From a virus (taxonomy: Duplodnaviria > Caudoviricetes), in IMG/VR virus record IMGVR_UViG_3300002307_000184, positions 1 to 27,914 of that record: a stretch of DNA of 27,914 bases; one strand, written 5' to 3'. Positions 15,261 through 23,385 of this stretch are shown here, one piece after another. The position numbers and the translations under genes are program-made. The notes under the pieces were generated by a model. That model searched no databases, was not told the origin of the DNA, and saw nothing but the letters and a program-made list of their open reading frames with translations. Each line of letters begins with the position of its first letter. Position 1 is the stretch's first letter.

Positions 15261-16270
15261 TGGCCCGCGGTAAATTCTCGCCGAAGCTCAGCCCGGCGAC
15301 GCGCCTGCACGACGTCCCCGGCGATGACGACTCCAAGGTGGTGATCGATCTCGACGCCGCCGATGACGATGTGCAGATCGTCGAAGTCAACGACACGCCC
15401 GAGGCCGATCGGGGCAAGGATACCGAATGGCACGGCGAGTCGCTCGCCGACCAGGAAGACGACCTGCGCAACTATTCGGCCAACGCCCAGAAGCGCATCA
15501 AGCGTCTCAGCGCCGAAACGCACACGCAGCGTCGCGCCCGGGAAGCCGCCGAGCGCGAGCGCGACGAGGCGATCCGCTACAGCCAGGCGCAGGAAGCCGA
15601 GTTGCAGCGCCTGCGGTTGACCACCGAGTCGGGTAACAATGCCCTGCTCGGCAGCATGCGTTCCGAGCGCGAAGGTCGCATTACCGACGCCACGCGCCGA
15701 CTTGAGCAGGCGCACGCTGAAGGCAACAGCTCGGCGATCGCCAAGGCGACGGCCGATCTGAGCCAGGCGCAGTCGGAACTGATCGCCATCAATACCCAGG
15801 CGGCGCGGGCACCCGCAGCGCCCACGCCGCTGCGGGTCCAGCAACAGCCGGCGCCCCAACCGCGCCAGCAGGCGCCGAGTATCGCGCCGCGCGCCCTAGA
15901 ATGGGTGCAGCGCAATAACTGGTTCCGCGCCGATGGCAGCGATGAGCGCAGCCGCGAGGCGCTGCACATCAACGAGGAATTGACGCGACGCGGCGTCGAC
16001 CCCAATAGTGAAGCCTATACACGAGAATTGGACAGACGCTTGAAAGCGGTATATCCAGATCATCAAGCTTTCGACGAGGAACGCTCCACGCCCCGTCGAT
16101 CGAACCCGGTCGCTGAAGGCGGCCGCCCCAATGGCGGCCCGGCCCCCAGCGAACGGCGCACCGTGGAGTTGTCTTCGACTGCAGTGGCGCTCGCCAAGCA
16201 ACTGGGCGTACCGTTGAAACAGTATGCCTTGTCGGTACAACAGTATGAAGCCAAGAGAGGCGCAAAATGA
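15260..16270 (+). CDS. Putative scaffolding protein
   Basis: The ATG at 15260 overlaps a TAA; acidic N-terminus, long coiled coil, C-terminal ALAKQLGVPLKQYA; position between portal and capsid. Confidence 0.7.
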   Translation: MARGKFSPKLSPATRLHDVPGDDDSKVVIDLDAADDDVQIVEVNDTPEADRGKDTEWHGESLADQEDDLRNYSANAQKRIKRLSAETHTQRRAREAAERERDEAIRYSQAQEAELQRLRLTTESGNNALLGSMRSEREGRITDATRRLEQAHAEGNSSAIAKATADLSQAQSELIAINTQAARAPAAPTPLRVQQQPAPQPRQQAPSIAPRALEWVQRNNWFRADGSDERSREALHINEELTRRGVDPNSEAYTRELDRRLKAVYPDHQAFDEERSTPRRSNPVAEGGRPNGGPAPSERRTVELSSTAVALAKQLGVPLKQYALSVQQYEAKRGAK

Positions 16271-16764
16271 GCAGCACGGCCAACGATCCCTGGGGTTTCG
16301 ACGAAGAAGCTCCCGTGACCCGCTCGCCGCGGAAGCTCGAAACACGTACCGCTTCTGAACGCCCGCGTGTCTGGGCGCCAGCCGCTATCCTGCCCGACCC
16401 CGAGCCGCAAGACGGCTGGGTATTCCGTTGGTGTAGGACCGAAGTACGCAACAAGTCGGACCATCAGAACTACCAAAGCCGCCTGCGTGAGGGTTGGGAG
16501 CCGGTTCGCCCGGAAGACCACCCCGAATTGATGACGCAGGTCGGACCCCGGGACGCCAAGTACAACGGTATCGTCGAAATCGGCGGGCTGGTGCTGTGCA
16601 AGATGTCCCAGGAGATGGCCGATCAACGCCGCGCGTTCTATGCCCAGAAAACCTGGGATCAGACCGACGCGGCGGAAAATTCGTATCTTCGCGACAGCGA
16701 CGAGCGCATGGCCAAGGTCCAGCAGAAGCGCCGTGAAACCATTTACGGCCAACGCGCGCGCTAA
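16267..16764 (+). CDS. Head-module protein
   Basis: 165 aa with GWVFRW, LREGWEPV and IGGLVLCKM motifs typical of the gene preceding the capsid genes in this phage type. Confidence 0.8.
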   Translation: MSSTANDPWGFDEEAPVTRSPRKLETRTASERPRVWAPAAILPDPEPQDGWVFRWCRTEVRNKSDHQNYQSRLREGWEPVRPEDHPELMTQVGPRDAKYNGIVEIGGLVLCKMSQEMADQRRAFYAQKTWDQTDAAENSYLRDSDERMAKVQQKRRETIYGQRAR

Positions 16765-16788
16765 TCCCGCGCCTCTCAGGAGACTACC

Positions 16789-17370
16789 ATGTCCGCTTCC
16801 GCCTTCCCGTATGGGATGGTGCCGGTGTCGAACTACGGTTCTGGGTACAACACCCAGGGTTTCGACACCTGGACCATCTTCGATGGCTATGCCACCTCGA
16901 TTTTCTATGGCGACGTCGTCAAGGTCGCCGCCGACGGCACGATCCAGAAAGACACCGGCACCACGTCGCTGACGCCCCTCGGCATCTTCCTCGGCTGCCG
17001 GTATGTCGAGGTAGCCACAGGCTACGTGCTCGACTCGCAGTGCTGGCCAGCGTCGCTTACCACGGGCTACACCGTTTACGCCAAGGTGCAGACCTTCTCG
17101 TGGAGCGTCTTCCAGATCCAGGGCGACGGCCCCGTCCCGATGACCGCGCTGATGGACAACGCGGCGATCGTGCAGACCGCCGGCAATACGACCTACCCGA
17201 AGAAGAGCCGTAACGCGCTCAATACGTCCTCGATCGCGACCACCTCGTCGCTGCCGCTGCGCATCGTCGGGCTGGTCGAGACGCCGAACAACGCCTGGGG
17301 CGACGCCTATACCGACGTGCTCGTGGTGTTCAACAACAACCAGCAGCTGCTCAACAGCACCGGCGTTTAA
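16789..17370 (+). CDS. Putative capsid decoration/minor capsid protein
   Basis: 193 aa, beta-rich, AGGAG RBS, highly biased codons, immediately before the MCP. Confidence 0.7.
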   Translation: MSASAFPYGMVPVSNYGSGYNTQGFDTWTIFDGYATSIFYGDVVKVAADGTIQKDTGTTSLTPLGIFLGCRYVEVATGYVLDSQCWPASLTTGYTVYAKVQTFSWSVFQIQGDGPVPMTALMDNAAIVQTAGNTTYPKKSRNALNTSSIATTSSLPLRIVGLVETPNNAWGDAYTDVLVVFNNNQQLLNSTGV

Positions 17371-17386
17371 GAAAGGAGTCTGACAA

Positions 17387-18310
17387 ATGGCTGCAATTTC
17401 CAGAGCTCAGCTCCTCCACGAGCTGCTTCCCGGCCTCAACGCCCTGTTCGGCATGGAATACGCGCGCTACGAGATGGAGTACGCGGACCTCTACACCGAG
17501 CACTCGTCCGAACGTTCGTTCGAAGAAGATCAGAAGGTCACCGGCTTTGCGACTGCTCCGCAGAAGCAGGAAGGTGCCGCGACCTACTTCGACACGGCGC
17601 AGGAAGGCTACACCACCCGGTACACGATGCTCACCTACTCGATGGGCTTCTCGCTGACCCAGGAAGCCTTCGAAGACAACCTCTACGACTCGCTGTCGGC
17701 CCGCTATGTTCGCGAAATGGCCCGCTCCATGGCCAACACCAAGAACATCAACGCCGCCAACGTCATCAACAACGGCTTCACGGCCCTGGCGTCCGGTGGT
17801 TACGGCGTCGGCGACGGCCAGCCGCTGTTCTCGGCCTCGCACCCGCAGGTTGCGGGCCCGGTGATCTCGAACATCTCTTCGACCGCCGTCGATCTGAACG
17901 AAACCTCCGTCAAGGCGGCGACCATCCAGATCGCCAAGTGGACGGACGACCGCGGTAAGCTGATCAACGCCCGCGTGCGCAAGATGCTCGTGCCGGTCGA
18001 CAACCAGTATGTCGCGATGGAGACGCTCGAGACTCAGCTCGAAGTCGGCACCGCGAACAACACGATCAACTCGGTTCGCACCTCGGCGGCAGTACCGGAA
18101 GGGTATGTGGTGAACCACTTCCTCACCGACCCGACCTTCTGGGGCCTGACGACAGACGTCCCCGAAGGTTTCAAGTATTTCAACCGTATCCCCATCAGTG
18201 ACGATTCTGACGGGGATTTTGACACCGGTAACCTGAGATGGAAGACGCGCGAGCGTTATGCCTTCGGCGTGTCGGACTATTTGGCGATGTGGGCGTCGCA
18301 AGGTACCTGA
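17387..18310 (+). CDS. Major capsid protein (Mu gpT-like, HK97 fold)
   Basis: AISRAQLLHELLPGLNALFG N-terminus, GDGQPLFSASHP, DFDTGNLRWKTRERYAFG; AAGGAG RBS; terminator follows. Confidence 0.9.
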   Translation: MAAISRAQLLHELLPGLNALFGMEYARYEMEYADLYTEHSSERSFEEDQKVTGFATAPQKQEGAATYFDTAQEGYTTRYTMLTYSMGFSLTQEAFEDNLYDSLSARYVREMARSMANTKNINAANVINNGFTALASGGYGVGDGQPLFSASHPQVAGPVISNISSTAVDLNETSVKAATIQIAKWTDDRGKLINARVRKMLVPVDNQYVAMETLETQLEVGTANNTINSVRTSAAVPEGYVVNHFLTDPTFWGLTTDVPEGFKYFNRIPISDDSDGDFDTGNLRWKTRERYAFGVSDYLAMWASQGT

Positions 18311-18338
18311 AGTCTTTGAAATACCTACGCTTTTTGAG

Positions 18339-18368
18339 AGGCCGCCCGCAAGGCGGCCTTTCTGTTTT
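18339..18368 (+). terminator. Rho-independent terminator after the MCP
   Basis: AGGCCGCC-CGCAA-GGCGGCCT followed by TTCTGTTTT. Confidence 0.85.
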
Positions 18369-18407
18369 CACCGGCGCCGCCGCGTAGCACCCGTGTCAAC
18401 AAACCCC

Positions 18408-18436
18408 TTGTGTGAAGGAAACAAAAGGTGTATAAG
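18408..18436 (+). promoter_or_regulatory. Candidate promoter for the endonuclease gene
   Basis: TTGTGT-N17-TATAAG, followed by an AAGGAG RBS. Confidence 0.55.
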
Positions 18437-18468
18437 GTTCCGGTATACGTAAAACCAAGGAGCCGACT

Positions 18469-19326
18469 ATGCCTATCTGCCCAGGATGCCAGAAAGAGAA
18501 GCCGATCAAAGCCAAAGGGCTTTGCAACGCCTGCTACGTCCAACTTAACCGACGTGGCACGTTAGAACGCGAGCGCCAGCCGCGCGGCATGTGTACTGTG
18601 CCCGGCTGCGACAAGAAGGCCCACGGTCGTGGCCTTTGCGACATGCACCTTCGCCGGATGCGCGTGTCCGGCTCCTTTGACGATCCTCGCGCCGACAACA
18701 TCAATTTGATGACCAACCAGAAGCTCTACGCCCAGTGGTCCGAGTACCGGCGCAAAGATGGCTATCCGATCGTGCCGGAATGGAAAGATGATTTTCCAAC
18801 CTTCATGGCTGCCGTCGGTGAGCGCCCCTCGTTCAAGCACCGGCTGTACCGGATCGACAAAAGCCTACCGATGGGGCCGGGCAACTTCGAGTGGCGTGAG
18901 CGTTTCGTGAGCCGCCGTTCTGACGAGACCGACGGGGAGTATAACAAGCGACATCGGCAGGCACGACGGGTCGCCACCGGTATTGGGCTATGGAATAGCG
19001 ATCTGAAACGGGCCCACGGCATCACGCTTGTGCAGTTAAAAGCGATGGCAGAGGCACAAGATCATAAATGTGCAATCTGCGGCAAACCTGAAACTGACAT
19101 GCGAAACGGCATCGTGCAGCATCTAGCAGTGGATCACAGCCATAAGACTGGAAAGAACCGCGAGTTGTGTTGTGCCTCACATAACAAGGGGATCGGATTC
19201 TTTCAGGAAGACATGGTTACCATGGTAAAAGCGATCCTCTACCTGCACAAGCACGCTGAGGACAAAACCGAGCTGGGGCGTGCCATAGCGTACCTTGATG
19301 CACACAAGAACGACTACCCGGCTTGA
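18469..19326 (+). CDS. Free-standing endonuclease VII-family nuclease with N-terminal zinc fingers (probable homing endonuclease)
   Basis: CxxC...GLCxxC and CTVPGC...GLCDMH fingers; C-terminal GIT...Q..KCAICG...LAVDHSHKTGKNRELCCASHNKGIG. Confidence 0.85.
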   Translation: MPICPGCQKEKPIKAKGLCNACYVQLNRRGTLERERQPRGMCTVPGCDKKAHGRGLCDMHLRRMRVSGSFDDPRADNINLMTNQKLYAQWSEYRRKDGYPIVPEWKDDFPTFMAAVGERPSFKHRLYRIDKSLPMGPGNFEWRERFVSRRSDETDGEYNKRHRQARRVATGIGLWNSDLKRAHGITLVQLKAMAEAQDHKCAICGKPETDMRNGIVQHLAVDHSHKTGKNRELCCASHNKGIGFFQEDMVTMVKAILYLHKHAEDKTELGRAIAYLDAHKNDYPA

Positions 19327-19352
19327 CGCCAGTCACCCACCAGCCGTAACCT
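19323..19352 (+). promoter_or_regulatory. Candidate promoter for a small RNA
   Basis: TTGACG-N18-TAACCT; predicted start near 19359. Confidence 0.5.
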
Positions 19353-19358
19353 CTCACC

Positions 19359-19438
19359 ACCTGAGCCAAGCAGTTTCCTCCTCCCTCTGCCGCGCATCAG
19401 GCAAACTTCAAGGCCCTCGCAAGGGGGCCTTTCTTTTT
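19359..19438 (+). ncRNA. Candidate sRNA with CCUCCUCCC anti-SD loop (cuckoo/ar14-like)
   Basis: Hairpin CCTGA-GC-GCAG[TTTCCTCCTCCCT]CTGC-GC-TCAGG followed by a terminator hairpin, with a promoter just upstream. Confidence 0.6.
19410..19438 (+). terminator. Rho-independent terminator
   Basis: AAGGCCCTC-GCAA-GGGGGCCTT followed by TCTTTTT. Confidence 0.85.
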
Positions 19439-19537
19439 GTCCACGACCAGCGTACTCATAGCTGTCTGCACGATCCTGCGGGCCGCTCCTGGCTCGTGGC
19501 TACTCCGGCTGGGATGTGCGCAAAGGAGACGATGGCG

Positions 19538-20506
19538 ATGGCCACGACCAATTTTTCTAACGGGCTGTCGAGCTACGGCATCCCTGTATACGGCACTCAG
19601 GCGCCTTTCACCGGCGGGCCCCCCACCGGCAACGTCTGGTTCGTCAACACCTCGACCGGCATCGACAGCCTTAGCGCTGGCGGCGGCAACTCCCCCAGCG
19701 CCCCGCTGAAGTCGCTGTCCTACGCGATCACCGTCGCGACGGCGAACAACGGCGACATCATCTACATCATGCCTGGTTCGACGGTCACCATCTCGGACGC
19801 GACCAGCACCGCTTTCAGCAAGGCCGGCCTCACCATCGTCGGTCTCGGCACCGGCTCGAGCCGCCCGCTGTTCAACTACACCACGGCCAATACGGCGACG
19901 ATCCCGGTCAGCGCCAACAACGTCGTCGTGCAGAACATCCGGCACGCCGGAAATTTCCTGTCGATCGCGGCGGCCTACACCGTCGCCAGCGCGCTGCACT
20001 TCACCTGCGACAACTGCCTGTTCACCGACGCCTCGAGCGTGCTCAACTTCCTGAACATCATCAAATCGACCGGCGCGGCGAACACCGCCGACGGCCTGAC
20101 CATGACCAACAACACCTGGCGCGGTTTCGGCACCACCTCGGTCAACTCGTTCATCCTCAGCGCCAACGACATCGATCGCCCGATCTGGTTCAACAACACT
20201 GTCATCCTCGCCCGTACGGCGACGGCGCCGGCGCTGGCGACCATCACGGCGGGCGTGCTGACCAATCTGCAGTGCATGGGCAACAACACCAGTACCCAGC
20301 AGACCGCCACCACCACGGGCGCGCTGATCGGCGTCACCGGCACTACCGGCACGGGCCTCATCGGCTACAATTTCTGCGCCACCCTGCAGTCGACCGCGGC
20401 GAGCGACCTGCTCGTCACCGCTGGCCACAAGTTCGGTTTCGTGCAGAACTTCACGGCGGGCGCGGCCGACAAGTCCGGTATCCTCGTGCCGGCGGCCTTC
20501 AGCTAA
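19538..20506 (+). CDS. Virion structural protein with predicted beta-helix (head fibre/spike-like)
   Basis: AAGGAG RBS; Thr/Asn/Gly/Ala-rich; NVWFVN...PLKSLSYAI...GDIIYIMPG is a typical beta-helix cap. Alternative start 19532. Confidence 0.7.
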   Translation: MATTNFSNGLSSYGIPVYGTQAPFTGGPPTGNVWFVNTSTGIDSLSAGGGNSPSAPLKSLSYAITVATANNGDIIYIMPGSTVTISDATSTAFSKAGLTIVGLGTGSSRPLFNYTTANTATIPVSANNVVVQNIRHAGNFLSIAAAYTVASALHFTCDNCLFTDASSVLNFLNIIKSTGAANTADGLTMTNNTWRGFGTTSVNSFILSANDIDRPIWFNNTVILARTATAPALATITAGVLTNLQCMGNNTSTQQTATTTGALIGVTGTTGTGLIGYNFCATLQSTAASDLLVTAGHKFGFVQNFTAGAADKSGILVPAAFS

Positions 20507-20518
20507 GGGTAGCGCCAA

Positions 20519-20734
20519 ATGGCCAAGCTCACTACGGGGCAGCGCAAGGGCATGGCGAAGTCCGAGTTCGGGCTTCCCGGCTCCAAGTCCTACCCGATGC
20601 CGGATCGCAGCCACGCTGCGAATGCCAAGGCCCGGGCCAGCCAGATGGAGAAGGCCGGGAAGCTCTCGCCTTCTTCCAAGGCCAAAATCGACGCCAAGGC
20701 CAACAGGATCTTGGGGAAAGGCAAAGGAAAGTAG
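20519..20734 (+). CDS. Small basic protein, DUF6582-like
   Basis: FGLPGSKSYPMPDRSHAANAKAR motif; Lys-rich. Confidence 0.75.
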   Translation: MAKLTTGQRKGMAKSEFGLPGSKSYPMPDRSHAANAKARASQMEKAGKLSPSSKAKIDAKANRILGKGKGK

Positions 20735-20735
20735 C

Positions 20736-20882
20736 ATGGCCAAGGGCAAGAAAATGTCGATGAAGGACTACGAGAAGTCCGGCGTGGACAACGACAAGGG
20801 CATGAAGGAAGGTTCGGCCAAGGACATGAAGGCCGACAAAAAGGGTATGGCCGCCATGGCCAAGCGAAAGGGTAAGAAATGA
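20736..20882 (+). CDS. Small Lys/Met-rich protein, 48 aa
   Basis: MAKGKKMSMKDYEKSGVDNDKGMKEGSAKDMKADKKGMAAMAKRKGKK; AAGGA RBS; ATGA-coupled to the next gene. Confidence 0.7.
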   Translation: MAKGKKMSMKDYEKSGVDNDKGMKEGSAKDMKADKKGMAAMAKRKGKK

Positions 20883-21433
20883 CCATCAACTTCTCGTCTG
20901 CAAAGTATTACCCCGACGTCGCTGCCGGCGCGGTGTTCATCGGGTCGACCGCCGCCGCGGGCACCGCGCTTCCCGCCGCCGGCGGTACCGCCATGACCTT
21001 CGGGTTGTGGAACACCGCGCCCGGCAAGAACGCCGTGCTGCTCGGTTTTTCGGCTTCCTACGTCTCGGGCACCATCACCGTCGCAGGTTTCGGCCTGACC
21101 GTCATCCCGAACGCGGGTTTGGCTATCGGTACCGGTGCGCCGATCTCGGCGTTCACCACCGGCACGGCGAACAACGCCCTGACCGGCTCGGGCAACGCTT
21201 CGTCCATGCGGTTCACGCCCTCGGCGGCGACCATCGTGGCGGGCTCGAACTTCGTTTTCACCGGCATCGGGCATGAAATCGCGACCGCCGGCCCCGGCAT
21301 GAACACCGGCTTCATCGATCTCAACGGCCTCACCATTCTGACTCCCGGTACGGCAGCGTTCGTGACCACCACGATCGCCCAGACAGGTCTGTTCGCCATG
21401 TCGCTCTTCTGGTCCGAAATCGCGGCGCAGTAG
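20879..21433 (+). CDS. Putative virion structural protein
   Basis: 184 aa Gly/Ala/Thr-rich beta protein in the late operon. Confidence 0.7.
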   Translation: MTINFSSAKYYPDVAAGAVFIGSTAAAGTALPAAGGTAMTFGLWNTAPGKNAVLLGFSASYVSGTITVAGFGLTVIPNAGLAIGTGAPISAFTTGTANNALTGSGNASSMRFTPSAATIVAGSNFVFTGIGHEIATAGPGMNTGFIDLNGLTILTPGTAAFVTTTIAQTGLFAMSLFWSEIAAQ

Positions 21434-21455
21434 CCGACTTGGAGGAGTAGCCTGA

Positions 21456-21860
21456 ATGGCTATCACCACGACTTCGCAGCTGATCTATGACGGGCCTTAC
21501 GAGGCCAAGATCCTGTTCACCGGGACCAGCGATGGTTCCGGTGAAGTGACCAACGCGCCGCTGGTCGTCGCCGAGGCGCTCAGTCCGCTTGGGCCAGGGC
21601 AGAATTGCGGCCGTGTGCGCGTCCAGCGTGTCACCGGCAATACCAGCCGCGGCAACGTCCAGCTGCTATGGGACGCCGAGACGCCGCTGAAGTTCGCCGA
21701 TCTTGCCGGCCCCGGCATCGACATGGATTTTCGCAGCATTACTGCACTTCGGCCGCCCGCGACGCTGCTTTCGGCGACGGGTAGTATCCTCTACTCGACT
21801 TCCGGGTTCACAGCGGGCTCGAGCTTCACGATCGAACTCGACGTCCGCAAGACGGTATAG
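21456..21860 (+). CDS. Putative virion structural protein
   Basis: 134 aa, GGAGGAG RBS. Confidence 0.75.
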   Translation: MAITTTSQLIYDGPYEAKILFTGTSDGSGEVTNAPLVVAEALSPLGPGQNCGRVRVQRVTGNTSRGNVQLLWDAETPLKFADLAGPGIDMDFRSITALRPPATLLSATGSILYSTSGFTAGSSFTIELDVRKTV

Positions 21861-21927
21861 CCCCCGGCCTAGCCGATACCGGCCGTTCGTGCGATAACGG
21901 GCGCCTGAGAGCTCGTAGGAGGCTGCC

Positions 21928-22677
21928 ATCACTCTGTCCGGTACCGCGGTCTTCAACCTCGATCTCACTGAAATCATCGAAGAGGCGTTTGAGCGCTGCG
22001 GCATCGAGGTCCGTACCGGCTACGAAATGCGGTCGGCGCGGCGCAGCCTGTCGATCATGATGGCCGAATGGGCGAACCGCGGCGTGAATTTGTGGACGGT
22101 GGAGGAGCGCACCCAGCTGCTCACCTATGGCGTGGGCCAGTACACGCTTGGCACCGACGTGGTCGACACGATCGAGCAGATGGTGCAGATCCCGCCTGGC
22201 ACGGCGGGTAGCTCGGGCCCGACCCGCTACGACCTGAAGCGCGTCAGCGTCTCGACGCACGCCACGCGCACCAATCCTAGCATCACCGGCCGGCCGGTAG
22301 AAGTCTGGTTTGACCGCCAGCAAGCGGCACCGGTGGCCAATATCTGGCCGCTGCCCGGTGACGGCGGGCCGTACACGATGGTCTACTGGGTTTTGCGCCG
22401 GATCGACGACCCGGGGGCCTTCACGAACAACATGGACGTGCCGTTCCGCTTCCTGCCGGCGTTAATCGCCGGGCTCGCCTACTACCTCGCCGTCAAGGTG
22501 CTGACAGCCGATCGCGCCGACACCCGGTGGGCCGTGATGTTTCAGGAACAACGCATTATCCGGCTGCACGACGACTATGAAGCAACGTTCCTCGCCGCTG
22601 CCCAGGAGGACAGGGAAAAGGCCACACTTAGCCTCGTTCCCCGCGGCAGCGCGTATCGTATCGGCCGTGGCGGCTAA
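21928..22677 (+). CDS. Putative head-tail adaptor/connector protein; apparent ATC start
   Basis: The open frame extends 33 codons upstream of ATG 22027 (ITLSGTAVFNLDLTEIIEEAFERCG...ARRSL...EWANRGVNLWT); AGGAGG lies 5 nt before the ATC; in-frame TAG at 21916. Confidence 0.75.
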   Translation: MTLSGTAVFNLDLTEIIEEAFERCGIEVRTGYEMRSARRSLSIMMAEWANRGVNLWTVEERTQLLTYGVGQYTLGTDVVDTIEQMVQIPPGTAGSSGPTRYDLKRVSVSTHATRTNPSITGRPVEVWFDRQQAAPVANIWPLPGDGGPYTMVYWVLRRIDDPGAFTNNMDVPFRFLPALIAGLAYYLAVKVLTADRADTRWAVMFQEQRIIRLHDDYEATFLAAAQEDREKATLSLVPRGSAYRIGRGG

Positions 22678-22681
22678 GTAA

Positions 22682-23017
22682 ATGGCGTTCTCTGGTGGCA
22701 CAAGTAGTTCTGTTACGCGCCCATCTTGGGCGCTCGGTCTTTGTGATCGTTGCGGCTTTAGCTTCCGGCTGAACGAACTTCACGAAGAATTTTACGACAT
22801 GCGGCCGAACGGCCTACTCGTGTGCAGGACTTGCTTGGATCGGGATCAGGAGCAACTTCAGCTGGGCCGTGTTGATCTGAACGACCCCCAAAGCCTCCTC
22901 GACCCCCGTCCCGACGTCGGCCGCCAGCCTTCCACCACGTACTTCGGCTGGATGCCCGTCGGAAACAGTGATACCTTCTATATCCAGTGCAGCGTTGGCA
23001 CGGTTACCGTGGCCTAA
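22682..23017 (+). CDS. Zinc-finger protein (CDRC...CRTC) of the tail module
   Basis: CDRCGF...LLVCRTCLD...DPQSLLDPRPD. Confidence 0.8.
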   Translation: MAFSGGTSSSVTRPSWALGLCDRCGFSFRLNELHEEFYDMRPNGLLVCRTCLDRDQEQLQLGRVDLNDPQSLLDPRPDVGRQPSTTYFGWMPVGNSDTFYIQCSVGTVTVA

Positions 23018-23032
23018 CCAGGAGACAGACGA

Positions 23033-23170
23033 ATGGCGAAGAACATGGTGACGGTCAAAACCGCCAAGATGACCGGCGGCGCCGGTGGCGGCACGGGCCG
23101 CCTCGAGAAGGCCGCGGCTGTCGGCGGCAAGACGCCCGGCAAGATGGGCAACATGAAAGGGGCCAAGTAG
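23033..23170 (+). CDS. Small Lys/Gly-rich protein, 45 aa
   Basis: MAKNMVTVKTAKMTGGAGGGTGRLEKAAAVGGKTPGKMGNMKGAK; AGGAG RBS. Not in the ORF track. Confidence 0.7.
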   Translation: MAKNMVTVKTAKMTGGAGGGTGRLEKAAAVGGKTPGKMGNMKGAK

Positions 23171-23172
23171 CC

Positions 23173-23379
23173 ATGGAGATCCAGAATAAGCGCGGCTGGG
23201 GCGCCGCCGCTCCCCGCCTCAAGGACCGCCGTGCGCCGATCCCGCGCTATGGCATCTCGCCGCAGCTGGCGCCGGCCTATCCGACCGAGCGCGATCGGGC
23301 TTGCCTCAACTCGACGCTCGTCGCTGCCCCGCAGGCCGACTTCGTCAAGGGCGACGACCCCTTCATGCCGAAGAAGTAG
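23173..23379 (+). CDS. Small hypothetical protein, 68 aa
   Basis: MEIQNKRGWGAAAP...; fills the gap between neighbours. Confidence 0.6.
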   Translation: MEIQNKRGWGAAAPRLKDRRAPIPRYGISPQLAPAYPTERDRACLNSTLVAAPQADFVKGDDPFMPKK

Positions 23380-23385
23380 TACGTC

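Noticed and set aside
10153-18310. Introns or inteins in terL, portal or capsid genes
   Set aside because: Frames are continuous and of ordinary length, with no intein terminal motifs.
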